Part shown: one piece after another, positions 17,155-25,684 of the stretch
Layout: the number at the start of each line of letters is the position of its first letter
Position numbering within the stretch: the first letter of the stretch is position 1
From: Nitrosococcus oceani ATCC 19707
GTDB taxonomy: Bacteria > Pseudomonadota > Gammaproteobacteria > Nitrosococcales > Nitrosococcaceae
DNA: 32,000 bases
Direction: 5' to 3'
Assembly (NCBI RefSeq): GCF_000012805.1
Contig: NC_007484.1
Span: 2,490,001 to 2,522,000 of the forward strand
Notes under the pieces: generated by a model
What the model saw: the letters and a program-made list of their open reading frames with translations, nothing else
Told to the model about the DNA's origin: nothing
Database searches by the model: none
Program-made: the position numbers and the translations under genes

Positions 17155-19290
17155 ATGACAGATAGTTATCCAAAGCCCAGTCTACTCCATGTCCTCCATA
17201 GCTGGGGTGGCGGCATCGCCCGCTGGACCGAAGACTTTGTCCAGCACTATCCGGAACGGCGTCACCTCATCCTTTACTCCATCAGCAACCGTAATGCGTT
17301 TGGGCAGGGATTGGAACTGGTAGACTCGGCCTACCCGGAAATGCCCCTAGCCACCTGGGAACTTATCCCTCCCATTCCTGCTACTGCCCTTACCCATCCT
17401 CAGTATAGAACCCTCCTCTCAGACCTTCTCGCTAGCTTGGCCGTGGAGGCCGTAGTGGTCTCTTCTCTGATCGGGCATTCCCTGGATGCCCTCACTACCG
17501 GGCAGCCTACCCTGCGGGTGCTGCACGATCTCTATCCATACTGCCCGGCCATGTTCGGTTATTTTGGCACCTCCTGCGAACGCTGCAATCAAGAAAGTTT
17601 AGCTAACTGCCTAGAGCTCAACCCCCATAACGAATGCTGGCATAATTCCACCGCCGAGGACTGGCTAGCCATGCGCCAAGCTTATGCGGCTGCTATTCTA
17701 CAACCCCAAGTCCATCTGGTAGCTCCTAGCCATACAGCTCAGGATAGGTTGTACCAGCTTTATCCCGAAATCGCTGGTAAAAGATACCACCTCATTACCC
17801 ATGGCATCGATCTAAAAAAGCTACGCCCCCCTACCTCAAGAGCAGCCGGTGATAGCCCGACATGCTACGGCAAAACCTCTCTCCCACAAGCAGAAGAGAG
17901 GGGCGGCAAGGCTCACAAGCTACGCATTGTCGTCCCTGGCCGCCTAGAACTCCACAAAGGACTACCCCTACTGCGGGATGCCCTCCCCCGACTTACTCAT
18001 CAGGCCGAATTTCTCCTTCTCGGCTGCGGACTATTCGGTCAATCCTTTGCGGATATCAAGGGTATCACCCTGGTTCCGGACTACAACCTTGATGAGCTCA
18101 GACCCTTAATACAAAATTTCTCGCCAGATTGTGCCCTGCTCCTCTCCACCCTGCCGGAAACTTTTAGTTACACCCTCAGCGAAATGTGGGCCTTGGGTAT
18201 CCCCCCCCTCGCCACCCGCTTAGGCGCATTCGGGGAACGCATCCAGCATGGCATAAACGGCTTCCTATACCTACCCACCGTTCAAGATCTGATCACCCTC
18301 GTTACCGCCCTGGCGAAGGATCGAGTCCCCCTTAGCCGTGTTGCCTACCACTTGGATACTCACCCTATCCGCCAGGCACGGGATATGGTGCAGGATTATC
18401 AAGCCCTGTTGCCAAGCCACCACAGTAAGCCCCTAAAGCAAGGAACTTGGCTAACCCAGGGAATTGAAAATGCCCAAATTCGCAACCACTCGAATCATAC
18501 CCAGCTAAAGCAGGAAGCCCGCCGCCAAGCCGCGGAACTAGCAAAAAGCCGCCAGCGGCTTAATGAGATGAGCCAAAGGCTCAGCTATCACCAGGCTCAC
18601 GCCAAAACGTTGGAGCGAGAATTGGCCGCCCTGCGTCATTCGAATTCCTGGCGGGTTACCGCACCTCTCCGGGCTCTGCATACCCGTCTTCGCCCCAATC
18701 CGCCCCTGGCGGCAAACCAGAATTCTCCTCCTATTGCCAACGGGAGAGAAGCATCAATCCCCCACCAGCCCACTCAAAATACTTCCTCTGTCTCTGAAAA
18801 CAGAAACAAACTCCAGGAGCGTCCCTATACCCTTGAAGAAAGAAGCAGAGCGGATTTACCGCAACGGCTCACAAGCCGTATCGACCTAAGGGATCGTCTT
18901 GGAATACCCGACGCCGCCCGTATCATGCTGGGCCTTGCTCAGGCAAGCCAACCGGAGGCAGTGCAAGACTTTATTAGCGCTGCTAGCAGGCAGATGGACA
19001 ACCAACGGAACTTATATTTTTTATGGTGCGAAGGAGAAAACATCTCTCCTCTCCCCGCTGGGCTGAAAGCCAAAGGGCTAGCGATGGCGCCCCGCCGGCT
19101 ATTCTTCATACAGGCCACCGCCTCCTCGCTCCCAGAATATTTTATAGCTGCGGATCTAATCTATCTGCCCATGGCGAGCGATGAAAGCCAACCCAGCCTC
19201 GCTGAAATCAAGCAATTCCGCGTGCCTGTGATTAGCACCCTCACGGACTATGATTTAATCACAACGCTAAGCAACCATCATATTTTCTGA
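17155..19290 (+). CDS. GT4-type (GT-B fold) glycosyltransferase with Cys cluster, central coiled coil and C-terminal extension (711 aa)
   Basis: The N-terminus is LLHVLHSWGGGIARWTEDF. The GT4 C-terminal half is ETFSYTLSEMWALGIPPLATRLGAFGERIQHGINGFL. The heptad-rich segment is QLKQEARRQAAELAKSRQRLNEMSQRLSYHQAHAKTLERELAALRHSNSWRVTAPLR. It is paralogous to the C-terminal module of the 1256-aa protein. It is the only plus-strand gene in the window. Confidence 0.8.
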   Translation: MTDSYPKPSLLHVLHSWGGGIARWTEDFVQHYPERRHLILYSISNRNAFGQGLELVDSAYPEMPLATWELIPPIPATALTHPQYRTLLSDLLASLAVEAVVVSSLIGHSLDALTTGQPTLRVLHDLYPYCPAMFGYFGTSCERCNQESLANCLELNPHNECWHNSTAEDWLAMRQAYAAAILQPQVHLVAPSHTAQDRLYQLYPEIAGKRYHLITHGIDLKKLRPPTSRAAGDSPTCYGKTSLPQAEERGGKAHKLRIVVPGRLELHKGLPLLRDALPRLTHQAEFLLLGCGLFGQSFADIKGITLVPDYNLDELRPLIQNFSPDCALLLSTLPETFSYTLSEMWALGIPPLATRLGAFGERIQHGINGFLYLPTVQDLITLVTALAKDRVPLSRVAYHLDTHPIRQARDMVQDYQALLPSHHSKPLKQGTWLTQGIENAQIRNHSNHTQLKQEARRQAAELAKSRQRLNEMSQRLSYHQAHAKTLERELAALRHSNSWRVTAPLRALHTRLRPNPPLAANQNSPPIANGREASIPHQPTQNTSSVSENRNKLQERPYTLEERSRADLPQRLTSRIDLRDRLGIPDAARIMLGLAQASQPEAVQDFISAASRQMDNQRNLYFLWCEGENISPLPAGLKAKGLAMAPRRLFFIQATASSLPEYFIAADLIYLPMASDESQPSLAEIKQFRVPVISTLTDYDLITTLSNHHIF

Positions 19291-19292
19291 AC

Positions 19293-21366
19293 TTATAGGC
19301 TTGAAAAGAATCGGCGCCGGACCCAGCGCCGAATACCCAAAGCCCATAGAAACTTACCCAGCACCCAACGAAAGGTTGAATCAACGTCAGGGCAAGCCAA
19401 CAACCCCGGCACCCAACCATTATCCCGTAGAAATTCATGAAGTTTTGTCCGCTGTTTTCTGGAAATGAAGGCGCCCAGTACCTCTCCCGTAGTGAGCATA
19501 CGCCGCTTGTTGGAGAACCCCCCCATCCCGAAAGTCTCATTATGATTAAGCTGAAAATAGGCTTGCGCCAAAAAAGGCGGGGGATGCTGAATGATATCCG
19601 ACCAAATATCCATGGCAAGCGGCTGAAGCTCGCTGGATGGATAGGCATGAGTGCGCAGAAAATCCACCCAAAAGGGGACCGCGTCTAATACCCCGGCCTG
19701 AAAATGGCGAACATACGCATCGTATATCCGATTTTCCTCCTCATCGGTATGACGGCAAACCCGAATGCTGTGCTCACCCTCCTCATAACCTATCACGCTA
19801 CCGGAAGGGGAATTGCATAACATTTCTAGAGGAGCCACAAAATCCAGGAGAAAGCCCCTCCCTTCATCCTTATTAAGATTGGGACCGAAAGCTTCCTTCC
19901 GAATATTTTCTGGCTGGATATTAAGAAACCGATTCAAACCTAAATAATAACCGTGCAGCGCCACCGACGGCAGCAGATGAGCCAAATTGTCCTGGATGGT
20001 CCCTCGCCAGCCGATATCAACAATTCCCACCGAACCGGCGACATTTTCCAGGCCCATGGATTCCAGGTAAGTAGACAATTGGCCCTGCTTAGCCTTCAGA
20101 TGGGCCTCAATTTCTGCGCTGACCTTAGGGTCGTCGAGAAAAGCCTGAATGCGGGTATCCTGCCAGGGATAGGGAATAGGCCGGGTTAGCTCCAGCCCAT
20201 GGCGAGCGGCCCGCTCAGTAAACTCTACCGGCTCCAACCCAAGGGATTTCAACAACGCGCCTAAAGACTGAGTGCTGTATTGATTCCACAAACGCATCAG
20301 CTCCGCCGTGGATAAATTTTTTAGGGAGGCGGCAAAAGTGGCAAGTCGACTGACGGGGAGCACACTGGCAGAGGGCGGTGAAAAGCCTAACCAATCCCAT
20401 TTCACCAGCCGGCGGTAAATTTCAATAAAAAATTCACCTTCCCGAGTAAAGAAATATAATTCTTTTACCTGATCCACTACTGCCCGTTCCATGATCCAAG
20501 CAGTAAAGCCTACTAACAGCAGGGAGCATTTCCGGCCATAGTCATAAATCTCCTGCCGTTCACACGGGAAGGGAGGCGGAATAGCGAGTAAATCTCGGGA
20601 TGCTGTTTGGAGGGCCTCCGCTCGAGCATGAAAGGAAGCCTCTCGCTGCCGCCGTTTTTCGTGCTCATCCCGGGGTTGAAAATGGAGCGCCGCCACACCC
20701 ATTCTTTTTGCCGCCCGCACATCCGCCTCAGCATTGTCACCCACATGCAGATGGCTGGCCTGGGGTCACCCCAAAGTGTTGGTGCAAATGTTGATAAAGC
20801 CGCCCAGAGCGTTTGTTTAAACCTACCTCGCAAGAGACCACCCCCTCCGCAGCCCAATGGGACAGACCATGATGGGTTAGCAGTTTCTGGATGGCCGCAG
20901 CCGGCAGATAGAAATCCGAGAGAAAGCACCGCCTAGAGACAGGATAATGCTCTAGGATAGCCGCAATGGTGGGGTCCGGATAGGAAACTAATTTTTCTTG
21001 GGCCATTTCCACCCGCTCCAGGGTCAAGAGCAATTGCTCCTGGGTTTCGCGGTTTACGGGAAAGGGAGTCAGTCCCGCCAATGCCAACCAACGCCGGTAA
21101 ACTTCCCGATGGCGGTATTCATCATCTTGCCCCGCTTGTCTGCTCTCATCCCCCAATTCTTTTTCCGCCTGTTGGCGCAGGCGTAACAAAACCCAAATAT
21201 CCTGGTTCTCAGGATGTAGATATTGCGCGTAATTCAGCGCCACATACCGGCACACTTGCAACTTCACGCTATCGGGGTGACAGCGCCGACGCAGCAAAGT
21301 ATCCCAAACATCAATCGTCAATAACGCATAGGATTGAGCAGCCATCTTTCCCGTGCTATTTTTCAT
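19293..21366 (-). pseudogene. HAD-superfamily hydrolase fused to a large C-terminal domain (COG5610-like architecture), split by a +1 frameshift into 209-aa and 483-aa ORFs
   Basis: The upstream ORF carries HAD motif I (LLTIDVWDTLLRR), motif II (FLSDFYLP) and motif III (GLNKRSG). The downstream ORF opens with motif IV (HLHVGDNAEADVRAAKRMG) when its frame is read back to 20765. The frame switch must lie within 20740-20765, which contains a 4-nt homopolymer at 20762-20765. The downstream domain contains FFTREGEFF and VDIGWRGTIQ. Confidence 0.65.
19297..19332 (-). terminator. Intrinsic-terminator-like hairpin plus U-tract embedded in the last codons of the HAD-fusion gene
   Basis: A perfect 7-bp GC-rich stem pairs tcggcgc (19311-19317) with gcgccga (19326-19332), with an 8-nt loop. 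On the minus-strand transcript it is followed immediately by UUCUUUUC, which runs into the stop codon. On the plus strand no U-tract follows the hairpin. Confidence 0.4.
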
Positions 21367-22577
21367 ATTCTCACCGCCGCCAGCGCTCGCCGCAACCGAT
21401 AATAAAAAAACCGCACAACCTTGCGTGGCAAAGGCGGCAAAAAAGACAGACGACCCCGGTCCATCAATGGCTCTGGAGCAGCAACGGCCCCAGTGCCTGT
21501 TGGGCGGGGCTCAGCAACGAGAGCGAGCTGGCGGTACATAGGAGCTGGCTCCTGCTGAAAAGGCTCCGTGCCTTTTAGCAGACTATTGATCGTAGCGTGA
21601 AATTGCGCCAACCCATATTCCAACGGCCGGTTAGCCATATAATCTATCCCCGCTTGACTCATGGCTTCAGCCCGCTCAGAGGAAGCTAAAATAATCTTCA
21701 TTCCCTGAGCCAGAGATTCCGGGGTCGGCTCGCATAGTAGCACCGCCTCCTCGGGAAAATCATATAAAGTATTGTCCCGATACATCTCTACTACCGGCAG
21801 GCCAGCAGCCATCATCTCAAAGGGAACCCGGGAGGGGTTAGTGGAGCTAAGACATAGACCCACCGCACAGCGGTTGTAAAGCCGGTTGCAATCTTCTAAG
21901 CTCAATAGGCCCAGATTTTCGTGCTCAAACCAGGCCCGGGCGCTGCTCTTGGAACCATAGAGATAAATCTTGACCTCCGGCATCCAATGTTTAACGAGGC
22001 CCAACGCCTCAAACCCTAACTCCACGCAACGTCGGGGTTTATCCGGTTGATGAATGAAGCAAATCGCCCGTTCCCGCCTTACCCTCGATAGCGGGCGATA
22101 CTTCTCTAAATCGGCGCAAAAATCGAAATGACTGGCCGCCACCCCGAACTGGCGGTCTAATAAGGCCGGTAACCAGCGTCCGATAGTCACCGGATAGAGG
22201 CCGTAGCGATAGGAGTTCTCGGCCATAAGATAGCCACCTCCCATGGGGTTGAACTGGGCCTCGAAATCCTGGACGAAATAGGCTTTAATACAAGGAAAAG
22301 GCAGATCACGGACTACCTTGGCAGAATACCATACGGTGGCGAATACCAACTCCGCTGGCTCAATATTCGACCAACCCGAATGAACTTCCCGGAAATCATA
22401 CCCAAACATCCGCTTGATACGCTTACGCAGATTGGGACTGGAAAATTGCTCAGGATTTTCCACGTATAGGGAGCAGCGGTGCCCCTGTTGTTGCAGATAA
22501 TCCGCATGCTGAAGAAAAGTGCGGTGGCCTCCTGAACCTTCAAGGAGACTCGGAATAAGCCAGGCAATAGTGGCCAT
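21363..22577 (-). CDS. GT-B fold glycosyltransferase, WsaF-like (rhamnosyltransferase-like)
   Basis: The N-terminus is IAWLIPSLLEGSGGHRTFLQHADYLQQQGH. YFVQDFEAQFNPMGGGY resembles the WsaF-family YFVQDYEPxFY motif. PSRVPFEMMAAGLPVVE is the GT-B nucleotide-sugar-binding region. The stop forms an ATGA overlap with the HAD gene start. Confidence 0.7.
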   Translation of the reverse strand: MATIAWLIPSLLEGSGGHRTFLQHADYLQQQGHRCSLYVENPEQFSSPNLRKRIKRMFGYDFREVHSGWSNIEPAELVFATVWYSAKVVRDLPFPCIKAYFVQDFEAQFNPMGGGYLMAENSYRYGLYPVTIGRWLPALLDRQFGVAASHFDFCADLEKYRPLSRVRRERAICFIHQPDKPRRCVELGFEALGLVKHWMPEVKIYLYGSKSSARAWFEHENLGLLSLEDCNRLYNRCAVGLCLSSTNPSRVPFEMMAAGLPVVEMYRDNTLYDFPEEAVLLCEPTPESLAQGMKIILASSERAEAMSQAGIDYMANRPLEYGLAQFHATINSLLKGTEPFQQEPAPMYRQLALVAEPRPTGTGAVAAPEPLMDRGRLSFLPPLPRKVVRFFYYRLRRALAAVRI

Positions 22578-22588
22578 GTTTTAGCAAT

Positions 22589-23347
22589 TTAGTTTTTTTG
22601 AATGATACTCAAGCCACACCCATCGCGGTAGGGAAAATCGCCCGGTGAACCTCCAGTAACGAAGGAATTAAGCATCAACCCCGTTTTTCCCTGGACTGCA
22701 CACCATTCACTCACCGCCCGAAATACACCGCCTTTACCGGTAGCATCGAACGCTGCCGCAAATTGGCTAGTATCGTGCAAAATCAGCAGACCGCCTATGG
22801 GCAGCACAGAATACCATAGCTCCAGCTCCTTAAGGGTATGCTCATATTGATGACTGGAATCGATGAAAACCAGTTGTGGCGGCAAACCACCAAAATACTC
22901 TGCCGCTCTGGCAGGCCCCCCCCTATCGGCAGAATCCGCAACGCATAAACGAACTTGCTCTTCCAATCCCGCTTCGGTAACCCAACCCTTCGTATAGCGC
23001 GTTACTCTGTCATCAATGTCGATGGAAAAGAGCGCATTTTTCTGTCCCATCTTACGCAGCAGAAATCCTAATAACAAAGTGGAGTAACCTACATAATGGC
23101 CACACTGCACAATCCGGTTGATAGCGTTACCGGAGATGAATCCAATCAGTAAGGACAGCGGCGGCACATTGGCCTCCCCTGTATTAGGATATCGACGCTC
23201 CGTATCTTCAAACCAACTCTGGAGCAATAACCACTCGTCCTCATCAAGAAAGCTATAGGTGATCGGAATATAATTGCTATTTGGCGTCCGGTGCCACCAG
23301 TAACGATTGTGTTGACGTTGCTGGAATTTTAGAGATCGCTCACTCAT
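22589..23347 (-). CDS. Class I SAM-dependent methyltransferase (CmcI / Methyltransf_24-like)
   Basis: Motifs seen are IVQCGHYVGYSTLLL and LVFIDSSHQYEHTLKELELWYSVLPIGGLLILHD. The protein is 252 aa. The start overlaps the stop of the upstream GT2 by 4 nt. Confidence 0.75.
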   Translation of the reverse strand: MSERSLKFQQRQHNRYWWHRTPNSNYIPITYSFLDEDEWLLLQSWFEDTERRYPNTGEANVPPLSLLIGFISGNAINRIVQCGHYVGYSTLLLGFLLRKMGQKNALFSIDIDDRVTRYTKGWVTEAGLEEQVRLCVADSADRGGPARAAEYFGGLPPQLVFIDSSHQYEHTLKELELWYSVLPIGGLLILHDTSQFAAAFDATGKGGVFRAVSEWCAVQGKTGLMLNSFVTGGSPGDFPYRDGCGLSIIQKN

Positions 23348-24711
23348 TTAAACTCTCCGAACTTCGGCAACATACGTTTAAGATATTTCGTCGCCCGAAC
23401 AAAGAAATTCCTATTAAGTTTCACTATTTCCGCCTGCATCATTTCAATCTGATTATCCCGGCTGGCAATTTCACTACCCATCCGCTGGATGATATCCCAG
23501 CGCTCTTCAATCATGGCCGCCTGCCCAGCAATGCACTGATCCTTTTCTTTGACTAAGGCATCCAGATCGGTGATCCATTGGTCCCGGCTAGCGATTTCGC
23601 CATTCATCCGCTGGATGATAGCCCAGCGCTCTTCAATCATGGCCTTCTGCCCTACAATTTCTTGCCTCATCTGCTCCATGGCTTGCCAGCGCTCATCCAG
23701 CATAGCTGCTTGGACGGCAACCGCTTTCGCTTGCCCCGCCAAGTGAGCTATAGAACGAAAAACTTCTGGGGGACAAGCAACCGCCTCCGCTAACCGCTGC
23801 AACCACCAACCGGTGCTATCCCCGCTCGCAAAATTCAGCAAGCGAGGATCTTCTACGCCCGCAAGACCATAAACTAAATAACATAAAAGAGAAACGGGAT
23901 GCAGGCTCTCATTGCTCATCAAGGCCAGGAGAATGTCTTCCCCATGGGCTTTCCCCTCCGGGTTCTCCTCCCCTAGCCGTTTCCCCAATGAGAGCAGCGC
24001 CTTAGTCTGCACATAGGAGTTTTCGTGAATGTGCCGCCAGAGATCACCCTCGGAGAGGGTATTGGCACCATGGACCCGATAGGCAAGCAGATCCTCCCGA
24101 ATCCAGAGAGGAATAGCTCCCTGCAAGGTAGCCCGTAATGCCCAATCCCAATCATGGGTATAGCGCAGGGGGGAAAAATCGCCAACCCGGTTCGCCAGGG
24201 AACGGGAAAAAAAGAAATTAGAAGTAGTCATGGCAAGATTGCTGGCAAAAAACCAGCTTGCCGGGCTTAACGTTTCCCAGCGCTTGCGCAGCATTTTATA
24301 GCCTTGGGCGCGGGGATGATCGGCAATACCGCCTCCCGTTGGCCCAATGAAGTCCACATCGCTAAAAATAAAAACATCGTTGCCGCTAGCGCGCCCGGCT
24401 TCCGACAACAGCCGTTCAAGCCGGCGGGGGTCATACCTATCATCCGAATCCAAGATGGCAATGTATTCCCCTTGCGCCAGAGCCATGGCCTCGTTGAGGG
24501 TGGCATGAGCGCCTTGGTTGCGGTCATGCCGGTACCGCCGCAGGCGATGATCCTGAAAAGATTGTAAAACCGCCCAGGTGCCATCCGAGGAGGCGTCATC
24601 AATCACAATCAGTTCCAGTTTTTTATGAGTCTGGCCGAGAACGCTCTCCACCGCCGAGGACACATATTCCTCGTGGTTATAGGCGGGCATGAGCACACTC
24701 ACTAGAGGCAT
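23344..24711 (-). CDS. Family 2 glycosyltransferase with C-terminal repeat / coiled-coil region (455 aa)
   Basis: The N-terminal GT2 signature is PLVSVLMPAYNHEEYVSSAVESVLGQTHKKLELIVIDDASSDGT...ILDSDD. The C-terminus carries repeated AMIEERWxIIQRMxxEIASRD units. Confidence 0.85.
   Translation of the reverse strand: MPLVSVLMPAYNHEEYVSSAVESVLGQTHKKLELIVIDDASSDGTWAVLQSFQDHRLRRYRHDRNQGAHATLNEAMALAQGEYIAILDSDDRYDPRRLERLLSEAGRASGNDVFIFSDVDFIGPTGGGIADHPRAQGYKMLRKRWETLSPASWFFASNLAMTTSNFFFSRSLANRVGDFSPLRYTHDWDWALRATLQGAIPLWIREDLLAYRVHGANTLSEGDLWRHIHENSYVQTKALLSLGKRLGEENPEGKAHGEDILLALMSNESLHPVSLLCYLVYGLAGVEDPRLLNFASGDSTGWWLQRLAEAVACPPEVFRSIAHLAGQAKAVAVQAAMLDERWQAMEQMRQEIVGQKAMIEERWAIIQRMNGEIASRDQWITDLDALVKEKDQCIAGQAAMIEERWDIIQRMGSEIASRDNQIEMMQAEIVKLNRNFFVRATKYLKRMLPKFGEFK
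23400..23720 (-). repeat. In-frame tandem repeat: two 126-nt (42-aa) units plus a degenerate half unit, at the 3' end of the GT2 gene
   Basis: The near-identical DNA string catccgctggatgataNcccagcgctcttcaatcatggcc occurs at about 23479 and about 23605, an offset of 126 nt. The encoded peptides are IAGQAAMIEERWDIIQRMGSEIASRD, IVGQKAMIEERWAIIQRMNGEIASRD and AVQAAMLDERWQAMEQMRQEI. Confidence 0.85.
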
Positions 24712-24723
24712 GATCGTTTTCTC

Positions 24724-25653
24724 TCAGGCAGGATATTTCCCCTGACGGCCCCACAGGCCATGGCAAAGCCCCAGAGTCATCATTTTCACTTGCTGCAACC
24801 GGGGTGGAGCAAATAAAGCATAGAAACAAAAACGTTGTAGCAATCGGAACCCGTCCGCCAGTTTCCACCCCCAAGGCACCCAGCTTTGCCGGTAAAGCCA
24901 AAGCGCATTACGGAACAGATAATAATGCCTCAAGGGGCTACGCGCCACAACTTCACGGCCCAGAAAGCGAATTGACTTATCTCCTAGAACATGGCTCATT
25001 TTGGCGCCGCAAATACCATAGGCCCGATAACCCCTGCGCTGGGCGCGCAATACCCACTCGGTATCAATGTAATCAATAAACAACCCCTCCATCATGCCTC
25101 CCACGGTATCCAACACCGTCATTGGAATCAGACTCCCAGAGGAAATTAAATGGTCTACTTCCAGCACATCGCCGTCATTTCGGCACTGACAGCGACTCAC
25201 CATTAGCCCCCGCACCCGAACAAACGGTGAAGATTTAGACTGCCGTAAATCTTGGTAATTAGGACCCACGGCACACACGGATAGCCCGTCCTGCTCCAGT
25301 TGCCGCCATGCCCCGTACAACCGGGCAACCATATCGGGAGCGGGCACACTGTCCTGGTCAAACAGGACCACATGGGTAGCGCCCTGCTCTTTCGCCCAAG
25401 TGATGCCCTCGTTCTGAGCCGCCGCAACCCCCCGGTTTTCGGACAATGCCAAGCAATGGAGGCTAGCAATATTCAATCGCTCGAGCCATTGGCGCATATC
25501 TTCACCTGAACCATTGTCGATTACCACCACCGCTTCGACTTGGGAAGACAGGGCAAGGAGCAGCCGCTCCAGCGCCCCAAGGTCCGGCTGGTAGGTGACA
25601 ATGATCGCAATAATGCTGGGACATCCAATCACCGCCCTTGCTAACCCGCCCAT
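24724..25653 (-). CDS. Family 2 glycosyltransferase, rhamnosyltransferase-like (WbbL/RfbF type)
   Basis: Motifs seen are IIAIIVTYQPDLGALERLLLALSSQVEAVVVIDNGS, VVLFDQDS and FIDYIDTEW. I prefer the ATG at 25653, which has a GGAG about 11 nt upstream. The track ORF extends to 25719, which would overlap the upstream gene by 35 nt. Confidence 0.8.
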   Translation of the reverse strand: MGGLARAVIGCPSIIAIIVTYQPDLGALERLLLALSSQVEAVVVIDNGSGEDMRQWLERLNIASLHCLALSENRGVAAAQNEGITWAKEQGATHVVLFDQDSVPAPDMVARLYGAWRQLEQDGLSVCAVGPNYQDLRQSKSSPFVRVRGLMVSRCQCRNDGDVLEVDHLISSGSLIPMTVLDTVGGMMEGLFIDYIDTEWVLRAQRRGYRAYGICGAKMSHVLGDKSIRFLGREVVARSPLRHYYLFRNALWLYRQSWVPWGWKLADGFRLLQRFCFYALFAPPRLQQVKMMTLGLCHGLWGRQGKYPA

Positions 25654-25684
25654 GATAAGATTTTCTCCAGTTCCGTCCCCTTTC

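Noticed and set aside
20737-20775. Programmed +1 ribosomal frameshifting as the explanation for the split HAD gene.
   Set aside because: There is no prfB-like CUU-UGA-C context, no internal SD at the right distance, and no downstream structure. An indel in the 4-nt homopolymer is the simpler explanation.
20513-20929. A 138-aa third-frame ORF that spans the HAD frameshift junction.
   Set aside because: Its sequence is Trp/Arg/Gly-rich with no HAD motifs. The two flanking frames together rebuild a complete HAD domain, so this ORF is not needed to bridge them.
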